Source: Patescibacteria group bacterium
GTDB lineage: Bacteria > Patescibacteriota > Patescibacteriia > UBA9934 > GWF2-40-263
Length of the DNA stretch: 64,000 bases
NCBI GenBank assembly: GCA_041661745.1
Contig: JBAZTR010000002.1
Span: forward strand, 4,368-68,367
Direction of reading: 5' to 3'
How positions within the stretch are numbered: position 1 is the first letter of the stretch; each line of letters opens with the position of its first letter. Positions 52,686-63,027 of the stretch are shown here, in pieces. Under the pieces are notes generated by a model. That model did no database searches, had not been told where the DNA came from, and saw nothing but the letters and a program-made list of their open reading frames with translations. Both the position numbers and the translations under genes were made by a program.

Positions 52686-53312
52686 CTATTTTACTTCAGA
52701 AACGGATTTTGTGGGAAGACGGAGCCGTTTCATGGCATTAATCGTGGCTTTGGCCACATTGATTTTATTTGAAGAACCGAAAATTTTACTAACCGCATTC
52801 GGGACACCGCCAAGTTCCAAAACCACCCGAACTGCCCCACCGGCCTTAAGCCCAGTACCTTTTGGCGCTGGTTTAAGAAGAATAATGGCCGCGCCAAATT
52901 TTTCTTGAACAGCATGAGGTACGGTTTCCTCAACCATAGGAATGACAAAAACTTTTTTCTTGGCTTGGCGGAAAGCTTTTTCTACGGCCATTGCCACGTC
53001 AGCTCCCTTGGCCACACCAAAACCAACCTTACCGGCCCGATTGCCAATAAGAACTGCCGCACGAAAACGCATGCGTTTGCCGCCGGCCGTCACACGAGTG
53101 ACGCGCGAAAGCTCAAGGATCTTTTGATCGTATTCCTTGGGTTCACGGCTATCACGGCTGTCGCGACCGCGTCCGCGGCCACTACCACTACCGCCACGAC
53201 GGCGATCACCGCCACCGCGACCGCCTCGTGTCGGTCGATTCGGTTTATCCGAAATCGGCGCCGCCACTGGCGTTTCGTTTTTTACGACTGGAGTTGTGTT
53301 TTCTTCCGACAT
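52686..53312 (-). CDS. rpsE: 30S ribosomal protein S5, with a ~60-aa Arg/Gly-rich N-terminal extension
   Basis: S5 core TRVTAGGKRMRFRAAVLIGNRAGKVGFGVAKGADVAMAVEKA. It lies 4 nt from rplO, so there is no L30 gene. Confidence 0.9.
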   Translation of the reverse strand: MSEENTTPVVKNETPVAAPISDKPNRPTRGGRGGGDRRRGGSGSGRGRGRDSRDSREPKEYDQKILELSRVTRVTAGGKRMRFRAAVLIGNRAGKVGFGVAKGADVAMAVEKAFRQAKKKVFVIPMVEETVPHAVQEKFGAAIILLKPAPKGTGLKAGGAVRVVLELGGVPNAVSKIFGSSNKINVAKATINAMKRLRLPTKSVSEVK

Positions 53313-53318
53313 ATCATT

Positions 53319-53681
53319 TTAGAAATTTAAACCGCCTTCACGAGCCCCGTCGGCTAAAGCCGCGACTAACCCATGATAGCGATAACCACCGCGATCAAAA
53401 ACCACTAATTCGATTTTCTTTTCTTTGGCGCGGCTAGCCAAAAGCTTGCCGATCTCTTTGGCAACTTCGAGCTTTGTACCCTTTTCTTTAATTTCAGAAT
53501 CAGAAGCCGCCGCTAAAGTTTTGCCGACAGTGTCGTCAATCAATTGAGCGTAAAGATGCTTTAAACTGCGCTTAACTGTAAGCCGTGGCTGTTCGGCCGT
53601 GCCCTTTGTGCGAGCACGAACACGCGCCGCACGTAATGTGGCTAAGCGACGTTTTTTTTCAATGGGATTTTTTACCTTCAT
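53319..53681 (-). CDS. rplR: 50S ribosomal protein L18
   Basis: [17 protein letters not shown]. Confidence 0.9.
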   Translation of the reverse strand: MKVKNPIEKKRRLATLRAARVRARTKGTAEQPRLTVKRSLKHLYAQLIDDTVGKTLAAASDSEIKEKGTKLEVAKEIGKLLASRAKEKKIELVVFDRGGYRYHGLVAALADGAREGGLNF

Positions 53682-53692
53682 ATGATTAATCT

Positions 53693-54241
53693 TTAAGCGG
53701 CGCCAGCCTTACCGGCCTTACCAGCCTTGCGGCGGACAATTTCATCCGTGTATTTAATACCAGTACCTTTGTATGGTTCCGGTGGACGGATACGACGAAT
53801 GCTAGCAGCTGTTTCTCCGACTAACTGTTTGTCGATGCTACTCAAGGTGACAACGTTCTTATCAATCACCGCGGTTACGCCATCAGGCAACGGAAAATTT
53901 ACTTCATGGGAAAAACCGACTTCTAAAACAATCTTCTTGCCAACCAAATTGGCACGATAACCAATACCATTAATTTCAAGAGCTCTGGTAAAACCAACGG
54001 TCACGCCTATAACCATATTCTGCAAAAGGGCACGAAAGGTTCCCCACAATGCTTTTTCTTTTTTGATTTCCGGATGGGCCACCGATAATCTTAATTCCTC
54101 ACCATCACGAACCAAAGTCACTGCGACTGGCAAGCTAAGCGAAAGACTGCCCTTCGGTCCTTTGACCGTGACATTTTGTCCGTTCTGCGTCACTTCGACG
54201 CCAGAAGGAATAGTAATCAGTTTTAATCCAATGCGAGACAT
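53693..54241 (-). CDS. rplF: 50S ribosomal protein L6
   Basis: [17 protein letters not shown] start. Internal Met preferred over the listed ORF start. Confidence 0.9.
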   Translation of the reverse strand: MSRIGLKLITIPSGVEVTQNGQNVTVKGPKGSLSLSLPVAVTLVRDGEELRLSVAHPEIKKEKALWGTFRALLQNMVIGVTVGFTRALEINGIGYRANLVGKKIVLEVGFSHEVNFPLPDGVTAVIDKNVVTLSSIDKQLVGETAASIRRIRPPEPYKGTGIKYTDEIVRRKAGKAGKAGAA

Positions 54242-54248
54242 ATTAGTT

Positions 54249-54641
54249 TTAGGCAATTTCACAAAGAACTTCGCCACCAAGTTTTCTGGCGCGCGCTTCT
54301 TTGTTAGTCATTAAACCGTTAGAGGTGGAAACAATGGAAAAACCAAGACCGGAAAGGACGCGTGGTAATTCGTCATTTTTCATGTAGACGCGGCGACCAG
54401 GCTTGGAAATACGTTTAATCATGTGGATAGCTGGTTCACGACGAGTGTACTTCAAAACCATGCGAATAACTGGTCGGCCAGCTTCGGTGGTTTGGTCAAC
54501 CTGGGCAATAAAACCTTCCCGCTCCAAAATTTTGGCCAAACTGAATTTAAGTTTGGAAAATGGCAGGATGATTTCCGGCTTTCGTACAGCTTGCGCGTTA
54601 CGAAGGCGGGTTAACATGTCAGAAATTGGATCAATCAACAT
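54249..54641 (-). CDS. rpsH: 30S ribosomal protein S8
   Basis: DPISDMLTRLRNA. Confidence 0.9.
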   Translation of the reverse strand: MLIDPISDMLTRLRNAQAVRKPEIILPFSKLKFSLAKILEREGFIAQVDQTTEAGRPVIRMVLKYTRREPAIHMIKRISKPGRRVYMKNDELPRVLSGLGFSIVSTSNGLMTNKEARARKLGGEVLCEIA

Positions 54642-54652
54642 ATTTTCAAAAA

Positions 54653-54838
54653 TTACCAGCTAGACTTTTTAATGCCAGGAATTTCACCGCGATTAGCTAA
54701 TTCGCGGAAACAGATACGGCACAACTCAAAATCGCGCATGTAACCATGCCGACGGCCGCAACGCCAACAACGGTTGACGCGGCGATTGGTATATTTCTGT
54801 TTGCGGCGCGTTTTAGCGCGCTGATTTTCAGTTGACAT
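54653..54838 (-). CDS. rpsZ: 30S ribosomal protein S14 type Z (zinc-binding)
   Basis: 61-aa protein with CWRCGRRHG...CRICFRE. Confidence 0.9.
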   Translation of the reverse strand: MSTENQRAKTRRKQKYTNRRVNRCWRCGRRHGYMRDFELCRICFRELANRGEIPGIKKSSW

Positions 54839-54841
54839 AGG

Positions 54842-55393
54842 TTACTTCTTTTTTTCATCTTTCTTAAACGGAAAGCCCAGAGCAGTCAAAAGCGCTTTGC
54901 CTTGTTCGCTAGTCTTGGCTGTAGTGGAAATCGTTACCTGAAGACCGTGAATGACTTCGATTTCGTCTGGTTTAATTTCCGGAAATGACATGTGCTCGCG
55001 GAAACCAATGGAATAGTTACCATTCGCATCAAAAGCATCAGCCGAAATTCCGCGAAAGTCGCGCACGCGTGGCAAAGTTATATTGATCAGCTTGTCTAAA
55101 AAGTGCCACATTCTTTGGCCACGCAAAGTAACTTTCATACCGATGACCATCCCTTTTCTAATCTTAAAGTTAGAAATGGAAATACGCGCCTTGGTTTTAA
55201 CCGGATGTTGACCGGTGATTCGACGCAGGGTTGCTTCGGCCGTGTCGATAAACTTAGCCTCCTTAATTCCCTGCCCTAAGCCAACGTTAAGAGTAACCTT
55301 GGTAATCTTCGGCACAGCCAAGGTGTTTTTGAGCTCAAGCTCTTCGGCAAGCTTAGGCGCTACGGTTTCTTTGTAGAAAGTTTGCAATGACAT
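54842..55393 (-). CDS. rplE: 50S ribosomal protein L5
   Basis: Position in the operon and sequence. Confidence 0.9.
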   Translation of the reverse strand: MSLQTFYKETVAPKLAEELELKNTLAVPKITKVTLNVGLGQGIKEAKFIDTAEATLRRITGQHPVKTKARISISNFKIRKGMVIGMKVTLRGQRMWHFLDKLINITLPRVRDFRGISADAFDANGNYSIGFREHMSFPEIKPDEIEVIHGLQVTISTTAKTSEQGKALLTALGFPFKKDEKKK

Positions 55394-55395
55394 AA

Positions 55396-55728
55396 TTATT
55401 CGATATCTTCAGACTTTTTTCCACGGTGAATTATTCTGACTGAAGTTTTTTTACCGGCCTTTTCAATGTTTTTCCAACCAACCCGACCAGCATTACCACT
55501 TTTCGGAGAAATCAATTGAACGTTGGAAATTTGAATCGGCGCCGGAAAGGAAATTTTTTGTCCAGCCTCGCCGCGACGGCGACCCTTTAGGTGGCGGGTT
55601 GCTAAATTAAGACCCTCAACCACAGTACGGTTAAGTTTTGGGAAAACTTGCAGAACCTTGCCCTGCTTCCCTTTGTCTTTTCCAGTGATAATCCGGACAG
55701 TGTCGCCGGTTTTGATTTTTAACTTCAT
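55396..55728 (-). CDS. rplX: 50S ribosomal protein L24
   Basis: KIKTGDTVRIITGKDKGKQGKV (KOW motif). Confidence 0.9.
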   Translation of the reverse strand: MKLKIKTGDTVRIITGKDKGKQGKVLQVFPKLNRTVVEGLNLATRHLKGRRRGEAGQKISFPAPIQISNVQLISPKSGNAGRVGWKNIEKAGKKTSVRIIHRGKKSEDIE

Positions 55729-55732
55729 ATGA

Positions 55733-56104
55733 TTAAAGAACCTCCGGGGCTAAAGAAATTATCTTAGTAAAACCCTTAACACGCAGTTCTCGAGCCACCG
55801 GCCCAAAGATACGTGTACCTTTTGGTTCCTTGCTTTTTGGATCAATGATCACCGCGGCGTTCTCGTCAAAACGAATGTAGGTACCATCAGGACGACGGGT
55901 TTCTTTGCGAGTTCTAACAATAACGGCGTGAACAACGTCGCTTTTCTTAACCGTCGCGTGCGGCACAGCGTCTTTAACCGTAGCTGTAACCACATCACCT
56001 AAACGGGCGTAGCGTTTTCGATAACCACCTTCAACCCGCCACATTTGGAGTTTGCGGGCACCAGAGTTATCGGCCACATTTAACATTGAACGTAACTGAA
56101 CCAT
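55733..56104 (-). CDS. rplN: 50S ribosomal protein L14
   Basis: [19 protein letters not shown] start. Internal Met at 56104 preferred. Confidence 0.9.
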   Translation of the reverse strand: MVQLRSMLNVADNSGARKLQMWRVEGGYRKRYARLGDVVTATVKDAVPHATVKKSDVVHAVIVRTRKETRRPDGTYIRFDENAAVIIDPKSKEPKGTRIFGPVARELRVKGFTKIISLAPEVL

Positions 56105-56112
56105 ATAAAAGA

Positions 56113-56376
56113 TTAAACGGTTGTTTTCAAAACTTTTAATAAACGCCAACGCTTGTCGCGGGACAACGGACGAGTTTCGACAAACTGAACAGTGTCGCCA
56201 ACCTTGGCCTGCTTTTGAGCGTCATCTACCATATAACGGCGGCTAGTGATATAGCGCTTCTGATATTTCTTATGAAGAACAGTGCTATCAACCCGAACCA
56301 CGATCGTTTTCATCATTTTGTCTGAAACGACCACGCCGGTCAAAACACGTTCAGTTTTATTTTTTTCTTCCGTCAT
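56113..56376 (-). CDS. rpsQ: 30S ribosomal protein S17
   Basis: [19 protein letters not shown]. Confidence 0.9.
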   Translation of the reverse strand: MTEEKNKTERVLTGVVVSDKMMKTIVVRVDSTVLHKKYQKRYITSRRYMVDDAQKQAKVGDTVQFVETRPLSRDKRWRLLKVLKTTV

Positions 56377-56381
56377 ATTTT

Positions 56382-56570
56382 TTAAGCGGCTCCCTGCCTA
56401 AGATAGGTTTTAATTTTGGCGATGGTCTTTTTCGCCACACGAAGCTTTCTAACTTGAGAAAGTTGATTGGCCGAAAGTGAGGCACGTAAACCACGAATGT
56501 TATCTTCACTTTCTCGCAAGGCTTTCTTTAAAACTTCCGGGGAAGCTTTTTTTAAATCTTTGTCTTCCAT
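56382..56570 (-). CDS. rpmC: 50S ribosomal protein L29
   Basis: 62-aa helical protein in the conserved position. Confidence 0.85.
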   Translation of the reverse strand: MEDKDLKKASPEVLKKALRESEDNIRGLRASLSANQLSQVRKLRVAKKTIAKIKTYLRQGAA

Positions 56571-56571
56571 A

Positions 56572-56988
56572 TTATTCTCCTTTTACCAAAAATTTACTCT
56601 TAACCGGCAGTTTATACGAAGATAGACGAAGGGCTTCTTTGGCCACTTCGCGGGTCACGCCGTCCATTTCAAACATAATCGTTCCGGCCCGTACAACGGC
56701 AACATAATGATCAACGGCTCCCTTACCTTTACCCATAGGCATTTCCGCGCCCTTGGTGGTAACCGGGTGATCGGGGAAAATACGAATCCAAATCTTACCG
56801 CCACGTTTAATAGAACGCGTCATGGCCCGACGAGCGGCTTCGATTTGTCTTGAGGTCACCCAAGATTCTTCCATAGCTTTAAGACCATAAGAACCAAAAG
56901 CCAGAGTATTTTTTCGGGTTGCCAAACGCAGACCGCGGCGGCGGCCCTTATGCCATTTACGATGTTTGACTTTCTTTGGAATCAACAT
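56572..56988 (-). CDS. rplP: 50S ribosomal protein L16
   Basis: [19 protein letters not shown]. Confidence 0.9.
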   Translation of the reverse strand: MLIPKKVKHRKWHKGRRRGLRLATRKNTLAFGSYGLKAMEESWVTSRQIEAARRAMTRSIKRGGKIWIRIFPDHPVTTKGAEMPMGKGKGAVDHYVAVVRAGTIMFEMDGVTREVAKEALRLSSYKLPVKSKFLVKGE

Positions 56989-56998
56989 ACCTTATAGA

Positions 56999-57670
56999 TT
57001 ATTCTTCCATTTTGGTTTCAGAACCGCTTTTTTCAAAAATTTCTCCGCGGTTAATCCAAACTTTTATACCAATAGCTCCATAAATCGTTCTAGCGGTAAC
57101 TGTGGCGAAATCAATATCAGCACGCAGGTTATGAAGTGGAACCTTACCGTGGGCTAAAGTTTCAACTCGAGCAATTTCTGCCCCGTTCAAACGACCGCCC
57201 AGAGTAATTTTAACCCCTTCGGCACGGGCCTTCAGAACGCGTTCAATTGCTTGTTTCATGGCGCGACGGAAAGGAAAACGCTTTTCAATATCCGAGGCGA
57301 TTTGTTGACCAACAATCTGTGCCGACAACGATGGACGAGCGACCTCTTTAACATTTAACGACAAGGCCACACGGCGACCGCGATAAAACTTAACCAAAAT
57401 TTTCTTCTTCAAATCTTCGATTCCAGCGCCGGCCCGACCAATGATAAATCCTGGCTTGGCCGAGAAAATAACAATATTTATTTGCTGGCGGGTGCGTTCA
57501 ATTTCAACACGATCAACCAAGGCTTCCTTTAATTCTTTGCGCAAAAAATCACGAATACGAACATCTTCGCGCAACAATTCTGGAAAGCCTTCCTTTTTGG
57601 AAAACCACGCGGAATCCCAACCACGGATGGTTGATAGACGGAAAGCTTTTGGATGAACTTTATGACCCAT
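56999..57670 (-). CDS. rpsC: 30S ribosomal protein S3
   Basis: MGHKVHPKAFRLS start and a KH domain. Confidence 0.9.
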   Translation of the reverse strand: MGHKVHPKAFRLSTIRGWDSAWFSKKEGFPELLREDVRIRDFLRKELKEALVDRVEIERTRQQINIVIFSAKPGFIIGRAGAGIEDLKKKILVKFYRGRRVALSLNVKEVARPSLSAQIVGQQIASDIEKRFPFRRAMKQAIERVLKARAEGVKITLGGRLNGAEIARVETLAHGKVPLHNLRADIDFATVTARTIYGAIGIKVWINRGEIFEKSGSETKMEE

Positions 57671-57673
57671 ATA

Positions 57674-58063
57674 TTATTTCTTTTTGGCTGTTTTCTTTTC
57701 GACCGCTTTAACGACATCTTTCTTCACTTCTTCCTTTTCCGACAGAACCAGAGAAAGATGCGAAGTGCGATGACGAATCGGGGTAGCACTACCGAAGGCT
57801 TTAGGCGTCCAGCGTTTGTAGACTGGGCCACCGTCAACCATCAGGGTTTTTACGAAAAGTTTATCAGCGGAAATTTTAAAGTTATGCTCAGCGTTAGCTA
57901 TGGCCGATTTCAAAAGTTTAGTAATCGGCGTGGCCGCTTGTTGTTTCATGACCGAAAGTCGTGCCAGAGCTTCGCTAACAACAAGACCGCGAACTGAGTC
58001 CGCCACTAAACGCACCTTACGCGGTGACATGCGAATAAATCTTGCTTTGGCTGTGATATCCAT
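57674..58063 (-). CDS. rplV: 50S ribosomal protein L22
   Basis: AKARFIRMSPRKVRLVADSVRG. Confidence 0.9.
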   Translation of the reverse strand: MDITAKARFIRMSPRKVRLVADSVRGLVVSEALARLSVMKQQAATPITKLLKSAIANAEHNFKISADKLFVKTLMVDGGPVYKRWTPKAFGSATPIRHRTSHLSLVLSEKEEVKKDVVKAVEKKTAKKK

Positions 58064-58093
58064 AGATAGTAGAAATTGCGAATCGAGAAAAAA

Positions 58094-58438
58094 TTATTTC
58101 TTTCCATTTTTGGCCGCCGGCGCCGCCGCTGGAGCAGCCGAAGCAGCCCCTGGCGCGGTCGAAGCTTCTTCAGCTTTCTGAATTTTACCGCCGTGACGAA
58201 CAAATTTTCTAGTTGGAGAAAATTCGCCTAACTTATGTCCGACCATTTCTTCGGAAATCCGAACATTGATATGTTCTCTTCCGTTGTGCACGCCAATGGT
58301 AAAACCGACCATCTCAGGTGTGATGGATGAAGCGCGTGCCCAGGTTTTAATAATCGTGCGGCTACCTGGTCCAAGCTTTTGAATTTTTTGTAAAAGCTTT
58401 TCGTTTACGAAAGGCCCTTTTTTTGAGCTACGGGACAT
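58094..58438 (-). CDS. rpsS: 30S ribosomal protein S19, with an Ala/Pro-rich C-terminal extension
   Basis: [11 protein letters not shown]...MVGHKLGEF. Confidence 0.9.
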   Translation of the reverse strand: MSRSSKKGPFVNEKLLQKIQKLGPGSRTIIKTWARASSITPEMVGFTIGVHNGREHINVRISEEMVGHKLGEFSPTRKFVRHGGKIQKAEEASTAPGAASAAPAAAPAAKNGKK

Positions 58439-58450
58439 AATTTAAGCTAA

Positions 58451-59305
58451 TTATTTAACCGAACTTCCGACAAAGCGACCCTTAGGACGACGCTGAACAA
58501 TCATTTTATCGGAAAACTTCTTCTTTCGTGTCTTTACACCCAAGGCTGGTTTGCCTTGTGGGGTTTTTGGATGTTTCAAACCGATAGAGTTACGACCTTC
58601 ACCGCCACCGTGTGGGTGATCAACTGGGTTCATAACCTTACCGCGAACGGTTGGACGAATTCCGCGATGACGTGTTCGGCCGGCTTTGCCCCAACGAATC
58701 AAACCATAATCAGGGTTGGAAACAACACCGACAGTTGCCAAACATTCTTTAGCTACCATACGAACTTCGCCAGACGGAAGTTTCAAAGTCGCCATATTAC
58801 CCTCAACAGCCATAATCTGAGCTGTGGCTCCAGCCCCACGAACCATTTGGCCACCCTTCCCTGGTTCCATTTCAACGTCGTAGACGTTAATACCAACTGG
58901 GATATTCTCCAAAGACAAACGGTTTCCGATTTTAATTTCACCCTTACCTTTAGTTGAAACAACTGAATCACCAACATTCAAACCTTGTGGGGCCAACATG
59001 TAACGCTTTTCACCATCAAGATACTGAATCAACAAAAGACGGGCCCCGCGATTCGGGTCATATTCAACAGCCACAATTTTCGCGGGCATGTCGAATTTAT
59101 CACGACGAAAATCAACAAGACGAGTATAACGTCTGGCGCCGCCGCCGCGATGACGAACGGTTATCTTACCTAACGAACGACCGGATTTTTGATTGCGAAA
59201 AGCCACCAGTGCTTTTTCAGGTTCCTTCTTGGTAATATCCTTAAAGGTTTGAACACTGGAAATTCGGCGAGCGTTAGTTGTTGGGCGGTAACTCTTAACT
59301 GGCAT
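58451..59305 (-). CDS. rplB: 50S ribosomal protein L2
   Basis: 284-aa protein with the HPHGGGEG motif. Confidence 0.95.
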   Translation of the reverse strand: MPVKSYRPTTNARRISSVQTFKDITKKEPEKALVAFRNQKSGRSLGKITVRHRGGGARRYTRLVDFRRDKFDMPAKIVAVEYDPNRGARLLLIQYLDGEKRYMLAPQGLNVGDSVVSTKGKGEIKIGNRLSLENIPVGINVYDVEMEPGKGGQMVRGAGATAQIMAVEGNMATLKLPSGEVRMVAKECLATVGVVSNPDYGLIRWGKAGRTRHRGIRPTVRGKVMNPVDHPHGGGEGRNSIGLKHPKTPQGKPALGVKTRKKKFSDKMIVQRRPKGRFVGSSVK

Positions 59306-59310
59306 ATTGC

Positions 59311-59763
59311 TTAAACACCTTCGTGAACATTAATAGTTTTACCTTTTGGCAAACGAACAATGGCTTTCTTCCAAGCTTTCTGCATTCCGCGATGACGACC
59401 AAAACGAACGGGCTCGCGACGCATGTTCAAAATACCAACACTTGTCGGTTTAACACCATAAAGGGCAAAAACCGCAGCCGCAACTTCGCGACGATCGGAT
59501 TTTGGATTTATTTCAAAGACATACTGTCCGAACGAAGTCTGGGTAGCTGATTTTTCTGTCACCAAGGGACGAATCAAGACCCTGGCCAAAGTTTCAGAAA
59601 TTTCTTTTTTAGAAGTCTTAGCTGTCTTTTCTTTAGCAGCTTTTACCTTAGGTTTGGCTTCTTCGATTTTTTCAGGAACATTTTTTTCAGCCACAACCGA
59701 CGTCGAAACTTTTTTTTCGACTTCTTGTTCTTTTTGCTTCTTAAAACGGTCTAGAAATCCCAT
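59311..59763 (-). CDS. rplW: 50S ribosomal protein L23, with a Lys-rich N-terminal extension
   Basis: L23 core LIRPLVTEKSATQTSFGQYVFEI. Confidence 0.85.
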   Translation of the reverse strand: MGFLDRFKKQKEQEVEKKVSTSVVAEKNVPEKIEEAKPKVKAAKEKTAKTSKKEISETLARVLIRPLVTEKSATQTSFGQYVFEINPKSDRREVAAAVFALYGVKPTSVGILNMRREPVRFGRHRGMQKAWKKAIVRLPKGKTINVHEGV

Positions 59764-59773
59764 AACTTTTTAT

Positions 59774-60430
59774 TTATTTCGCCGAAGCTTTAACCGAGGC
59801 GGACTTAGCGTAAGTTTTTTCCAAAATTTCAAGGGCTGCACTAGAAATAACCAAGGTGTCATTAGACAAAATTTCAACCACGTTCAAACTTTTAACTGAA
59901 ATCGGAGTGACACTCGGGATATTTCGTACAATCTTTTGAAAAATTTTATTTTCCGGTTCCAAAACAACCAAATTGTGGCGACCGATTGGCATCTTTTTGA
60001 GTAAAGCCGCGGCTAATTTTGTTTTAGCTTCTGGCATAACCAACGAATCGACGACAATAAATTTATTTTCTAAAACTTTATCCGATAAAACCATGGCCAA
60101 AGCCTTACGGCGTTCGGTTCGGTTAAATTTAATGGAAAAGTTGCGCTCGTTGGTCGGACCGAAAGTGATACCACCACCAACCCAAATAGGTGAGCGTCGT
60201 GATCCATGACGGGCTTGACCTGTTCCTTTTTGTTTCCAAGGCTTACGACCACCACCACGCACTTCGCCGCGGCCTTTGGTGTGAGCCAAAACCTGACGGC
60301 TATTTGCTTGTTGGGCGACGACAGCACGGTGAACGAACGCTTCGTCCGGTTTCACCTCAAAAAGTGACGGGTTAAGATCAACCTCGCCGATTTTATTACC
60401 TTCCTGATTGTACAGCTTTACTTTTGCCAT
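59774..60430 (-). CDS. rplD: 50S ribosomal protein L4
   Basis: Position in the operon and sequence. Confidence 0.9.
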   Translation of the reverse strand: MAKVKLYNQEGNKIGEVDLNPSLFEVKPDEAFVHRAVVAQQANSRQVLAHTKGRGEVRGGGRKPWKQKGTGQARHGSRRSPIWVGGGITFGPTNERNFSIKFNRTERRKALAMVLSDKVLENKFIVVDSLVMPEAKTKLAAALLKKMPIGRHNLVVLEPENKIFQKIVRNIPSVTPISVKSLNVVEILSNDTLVISSAALEILEKTYAKSASVKASAK

Positions 60431-61044
60431 ACGGATTTTCCTTCACGAGTTTTAATAAGTAATAACGAACCGCGCGCTCCGGGAACGGCGCCTTTGATTG
60501 CCAAAAGCTGCTTTCCAGAATCGACGGAAATAATCTCTAAATTTTTAACGGTCACCTGTGCATCACCCATATGACCACCCATGCGTTTACCCTTAGCAAC
60601 AGGACCTTGGCGACGTGAACCAATTGAACCAGGCATACGCAACTGGTCTTTGTGTCCGTGGGAAGCCGGCGAACCATGGAAACCATGACGTTTAACAACG
60701 CCTTGAAAACCATGTCCTTTAGAGGTACCAACAACATCAATACGGTCACCAGGGACAAAAATAGAAACTTCAATTTTGTCGCCGCGCTTCAAATCAGCAG
60801 CTGCAGTATGAAACTCGCGCAAAGTCGCGACGGCCGGCAAATCTTTTAAATGGCCGGCTTCCGGTTTGTTTAAACTTTTTGTTTCTTTACTACCGATTTG
60901 AACGGCAACATAACCGTCTTTTGCTTCCTCTTTAATCTGTGTAACGACACAAGGTGTCGCTTTAACCAAAGTTACCGGCACGACGATACCGTCATCTCGG
61001 AAAATTTGGGTCATTTCAATTTTTCTTCCAATAATGAATTTCAT
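60418..61044 (-). CDS. rplC: 50S ribosomal protein L3
   Basis: MKFIIGRKIEMTQIF. Confidence 0.9.
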   Translation of the reverse strand: MKFIIGRKIEMTQIFRDDGIVVPVTLVKATPCVVTQIKEEAKDGYVAVQIGSKETKSLNKPEAGHLKDLPAVATLREFHTAAADLKRGDKIEVSIFVPGDRIDVVGTSKGHGFQGVVKRHGFHGSPASHGHKDQLRMPGSIGSRRQGPVAKGKRMGGHMGDAQVTVKNLEIISVDSGKQLLAIKGAVPGARGSLLLIKTREGKSVWQK

Positions 61045-61328
61045 ACGGACTAATTTAAAAGCCAGAAGTCGTCCCGCACTTTTTTCTTTTTATAATGAAA
61101 AAGTTGCGGGATAACTTCTAGCCTCTACTTGATAAAGGCAATTTTTATTAAAATTTAATGAATCGGGCCTCTTTATATACGATCTCGGAAGCTTCGGGAA
61201 GGTTTTCGTGATCTTTTACTTTCATTATTCTCACGAGCTTTCTTCCCCGTTCTTCAATCGTTTGATTGGTTAATTTATCCCCCTTCGCTCCGGGAGCTTC
61301 GGAGGATTCCGTCGAGCTAAGCTCGACT

Positions 61329-61667
61329 TCACATCTTCACTTCAATATCCACACCAGCTGGCAAGTTTAAACTCATCATGGAATCCATTGTGCGTTCGGT
61401 TGGATCTAAAACATCGATCAAACGCTTATGGACGCGCATTTCGTACTGTTCGCGGGCATTCTTATACACGAAGGTGGAACGGTTAACTGTGTATTTGCGC
61501 GTTTCTGTCGGTAGCGGAATCGGTCCCAAGACCTTGGCCCCGGTGCGCTCGGCTGTACGCATAATGGTTTGCGCGGCTTGGTCAATAATCTTGTGATCGT
61601 AGGCGCGAATCTTGATGCGAATGCGCTGACGAACTTCTTCTTCTGTTTTCTGGATTTTAGTGGACAC
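61329..61667 (-). CDS. rpsJ: 30S ribosomal protein S10
   Basis: [16 protein letters not shown]. Confidence 0.9.
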   Translation of the reverse strand: MSTKIQKTEEEVRQRIRIKIRAYDHKIIDQAAQTIMRTAERTGAKVLGPIPLPTETRKYTVNRSTFVYKNAREQYEMRVHKRLIDVLDPTERTMDSMMSLNLPAGVDIEVKM

Positions 61668-61726
61668 AGTAGTGAAAGATCATTTTTTATAGGGGCGGAA
61701 AATTTCTCCGCCCCTATAGAAATTAT

Positions 61727-62920
61727 TTATTTTAGAATCTTAGTTACCGAACCGGCACCAACTGTTTTGCCGCCCTCGCGGATAGCAAAACGAGTATTGT
61801 CTTCCAAAGCAACCGGTTGGATTAACTTAACAGTAATATCGGTGGTATCACCAGGCATAACCATTTCGGTTCCGGCCGGCAAAGTCAATTCACCAGTCAC
61901 GTCAGTGGTACGGATATAAAACTGCGGTTTGTAACCATTGAAGAACGGCTTGTGACGGCCACCTTCTTCTTTAGTTAAGGCCACAATTTTAGCTTCAAAC
62001 TCTGTATGAGGAGTAACTGAACCTGTCTTAGCCAAAACCATACCGCGTTCAATATCTTCTTTTTTGGTACCACGAAGAAGCAAACCAGCGTTGTCGCCAG
62101 CGACACCTTCGCTCAAAGATTTATTGAACATTTCAACACCAGTGACAACTGTTTTGGAAGTTTCCGGTTTCAAACCAACGATTTCAACTTCCTCGTTAAT
62201 ATGAATGGTTCCACGTTCAATACGACCAGTGGCCACAGTGCCACGACCTTCGATAGAGAAAACGTCTTCGATAGCCATCAAAAACGGCTTGTCGACTTCG
62301 CGAACTGGCTCAGGGATAAAGGTATCCAAAGCGTTCATGAGATCCATGATCGGCTTGGAGGCAGCTTCGTCGGTTGGATTTTCCAAAGCTTTCAAAGCTG
62401 AACCACGAATGATCGGGGTGGTATCACCAGGAAATTCGTATTTTTTCAAAAGATCGCGGATTTCTTCCTCAACCAAATCCAAAAGCTCCGGATCATCAAC
62501 CATGTCAGTTTTGTTCATGAAAACGACAATAGAAGGCACACCAACCTGACGAGCCAAAAGAATGTGCTCGCGGGTTTGTGGCATCGGGCCGTCAGCGGCA
62601 GAAACAACCAAAATTGCGCCATCCATTTGAGCCGCACCAGTAATCATGTTTTTGATATAGTCGGCGTGTCCTGGACAGTCAACGTGAGCGTAGTGACGCG
62701 CTTCGGTTTGGTACTCGCAGTGAGCGGTGGCAATTGTAATACCACGGGCCTTTGATTCAGGCGCCTTATCAAGGTCGTCAACACCCTTCTTTTGGGCAAT
62801 AAGACCTTTGGCGTTTAATACTGCCAAGATGGCGGCAGTCAATGTGGTTTTGCCGTGGTCAACGTGGCCGATTGTACCGACGTTAACGTGCGGCTTATTG
62901 CGTTGGAAAACTTCTGCCAT
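61727..62920 (-). CDS. tuf: elongation factor Tu
   Basis: [31 protein letters not shown] start. Internal Met at 62920 preferred. A promoter candidate (TTGCGT, 16-nt spacer, TATACT) lies at 62978-62951. Confidence 0.95.
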   Translation of the reverse strand: MAEVFQRNKPHVNVGTIGHVDHGKTTLTAAILAVLNAKGLIAQKKGVDDLDKAPESKARGITIATAHCEYQTEARHYAHVDCPGHADYIKNMITGAAQMDGAILVVSAADGPMPQTREHILLARQVGVPSIVVFMNKTDMVDDPELLDLVEEEIRDLLKKYEFPGDTTPIIRGSALKALENPTDEAASKPIMDLMNALDTFIPEPVREVDKPFLMAIEDVFSIEGRGTVATGRIERGTIHINEEVEIVGLKPETSKTVVTGVEMFNKSLSEGVAGDNAGLLLRGTKKEDIERGMVLAKTGSVTPHTEFEAKIVALTKEEGGRHKPFFNGYKPQFYIRTTDVTGELTLPAGTEMVMPGDTTDITVKLIQPVALEDNTRFAIREGGKTVGAGSVTKILK

Positions 62921-63027
62921 ATTTTTATTTAAGATTAAATAGCGGCAATAGTATAACAATACCCTTTAAAAAACGCAAGGGGGCGGCCTTTCCACAGGTT
63001 ATCCGCTTACAAACGTCTTATTTTGGC

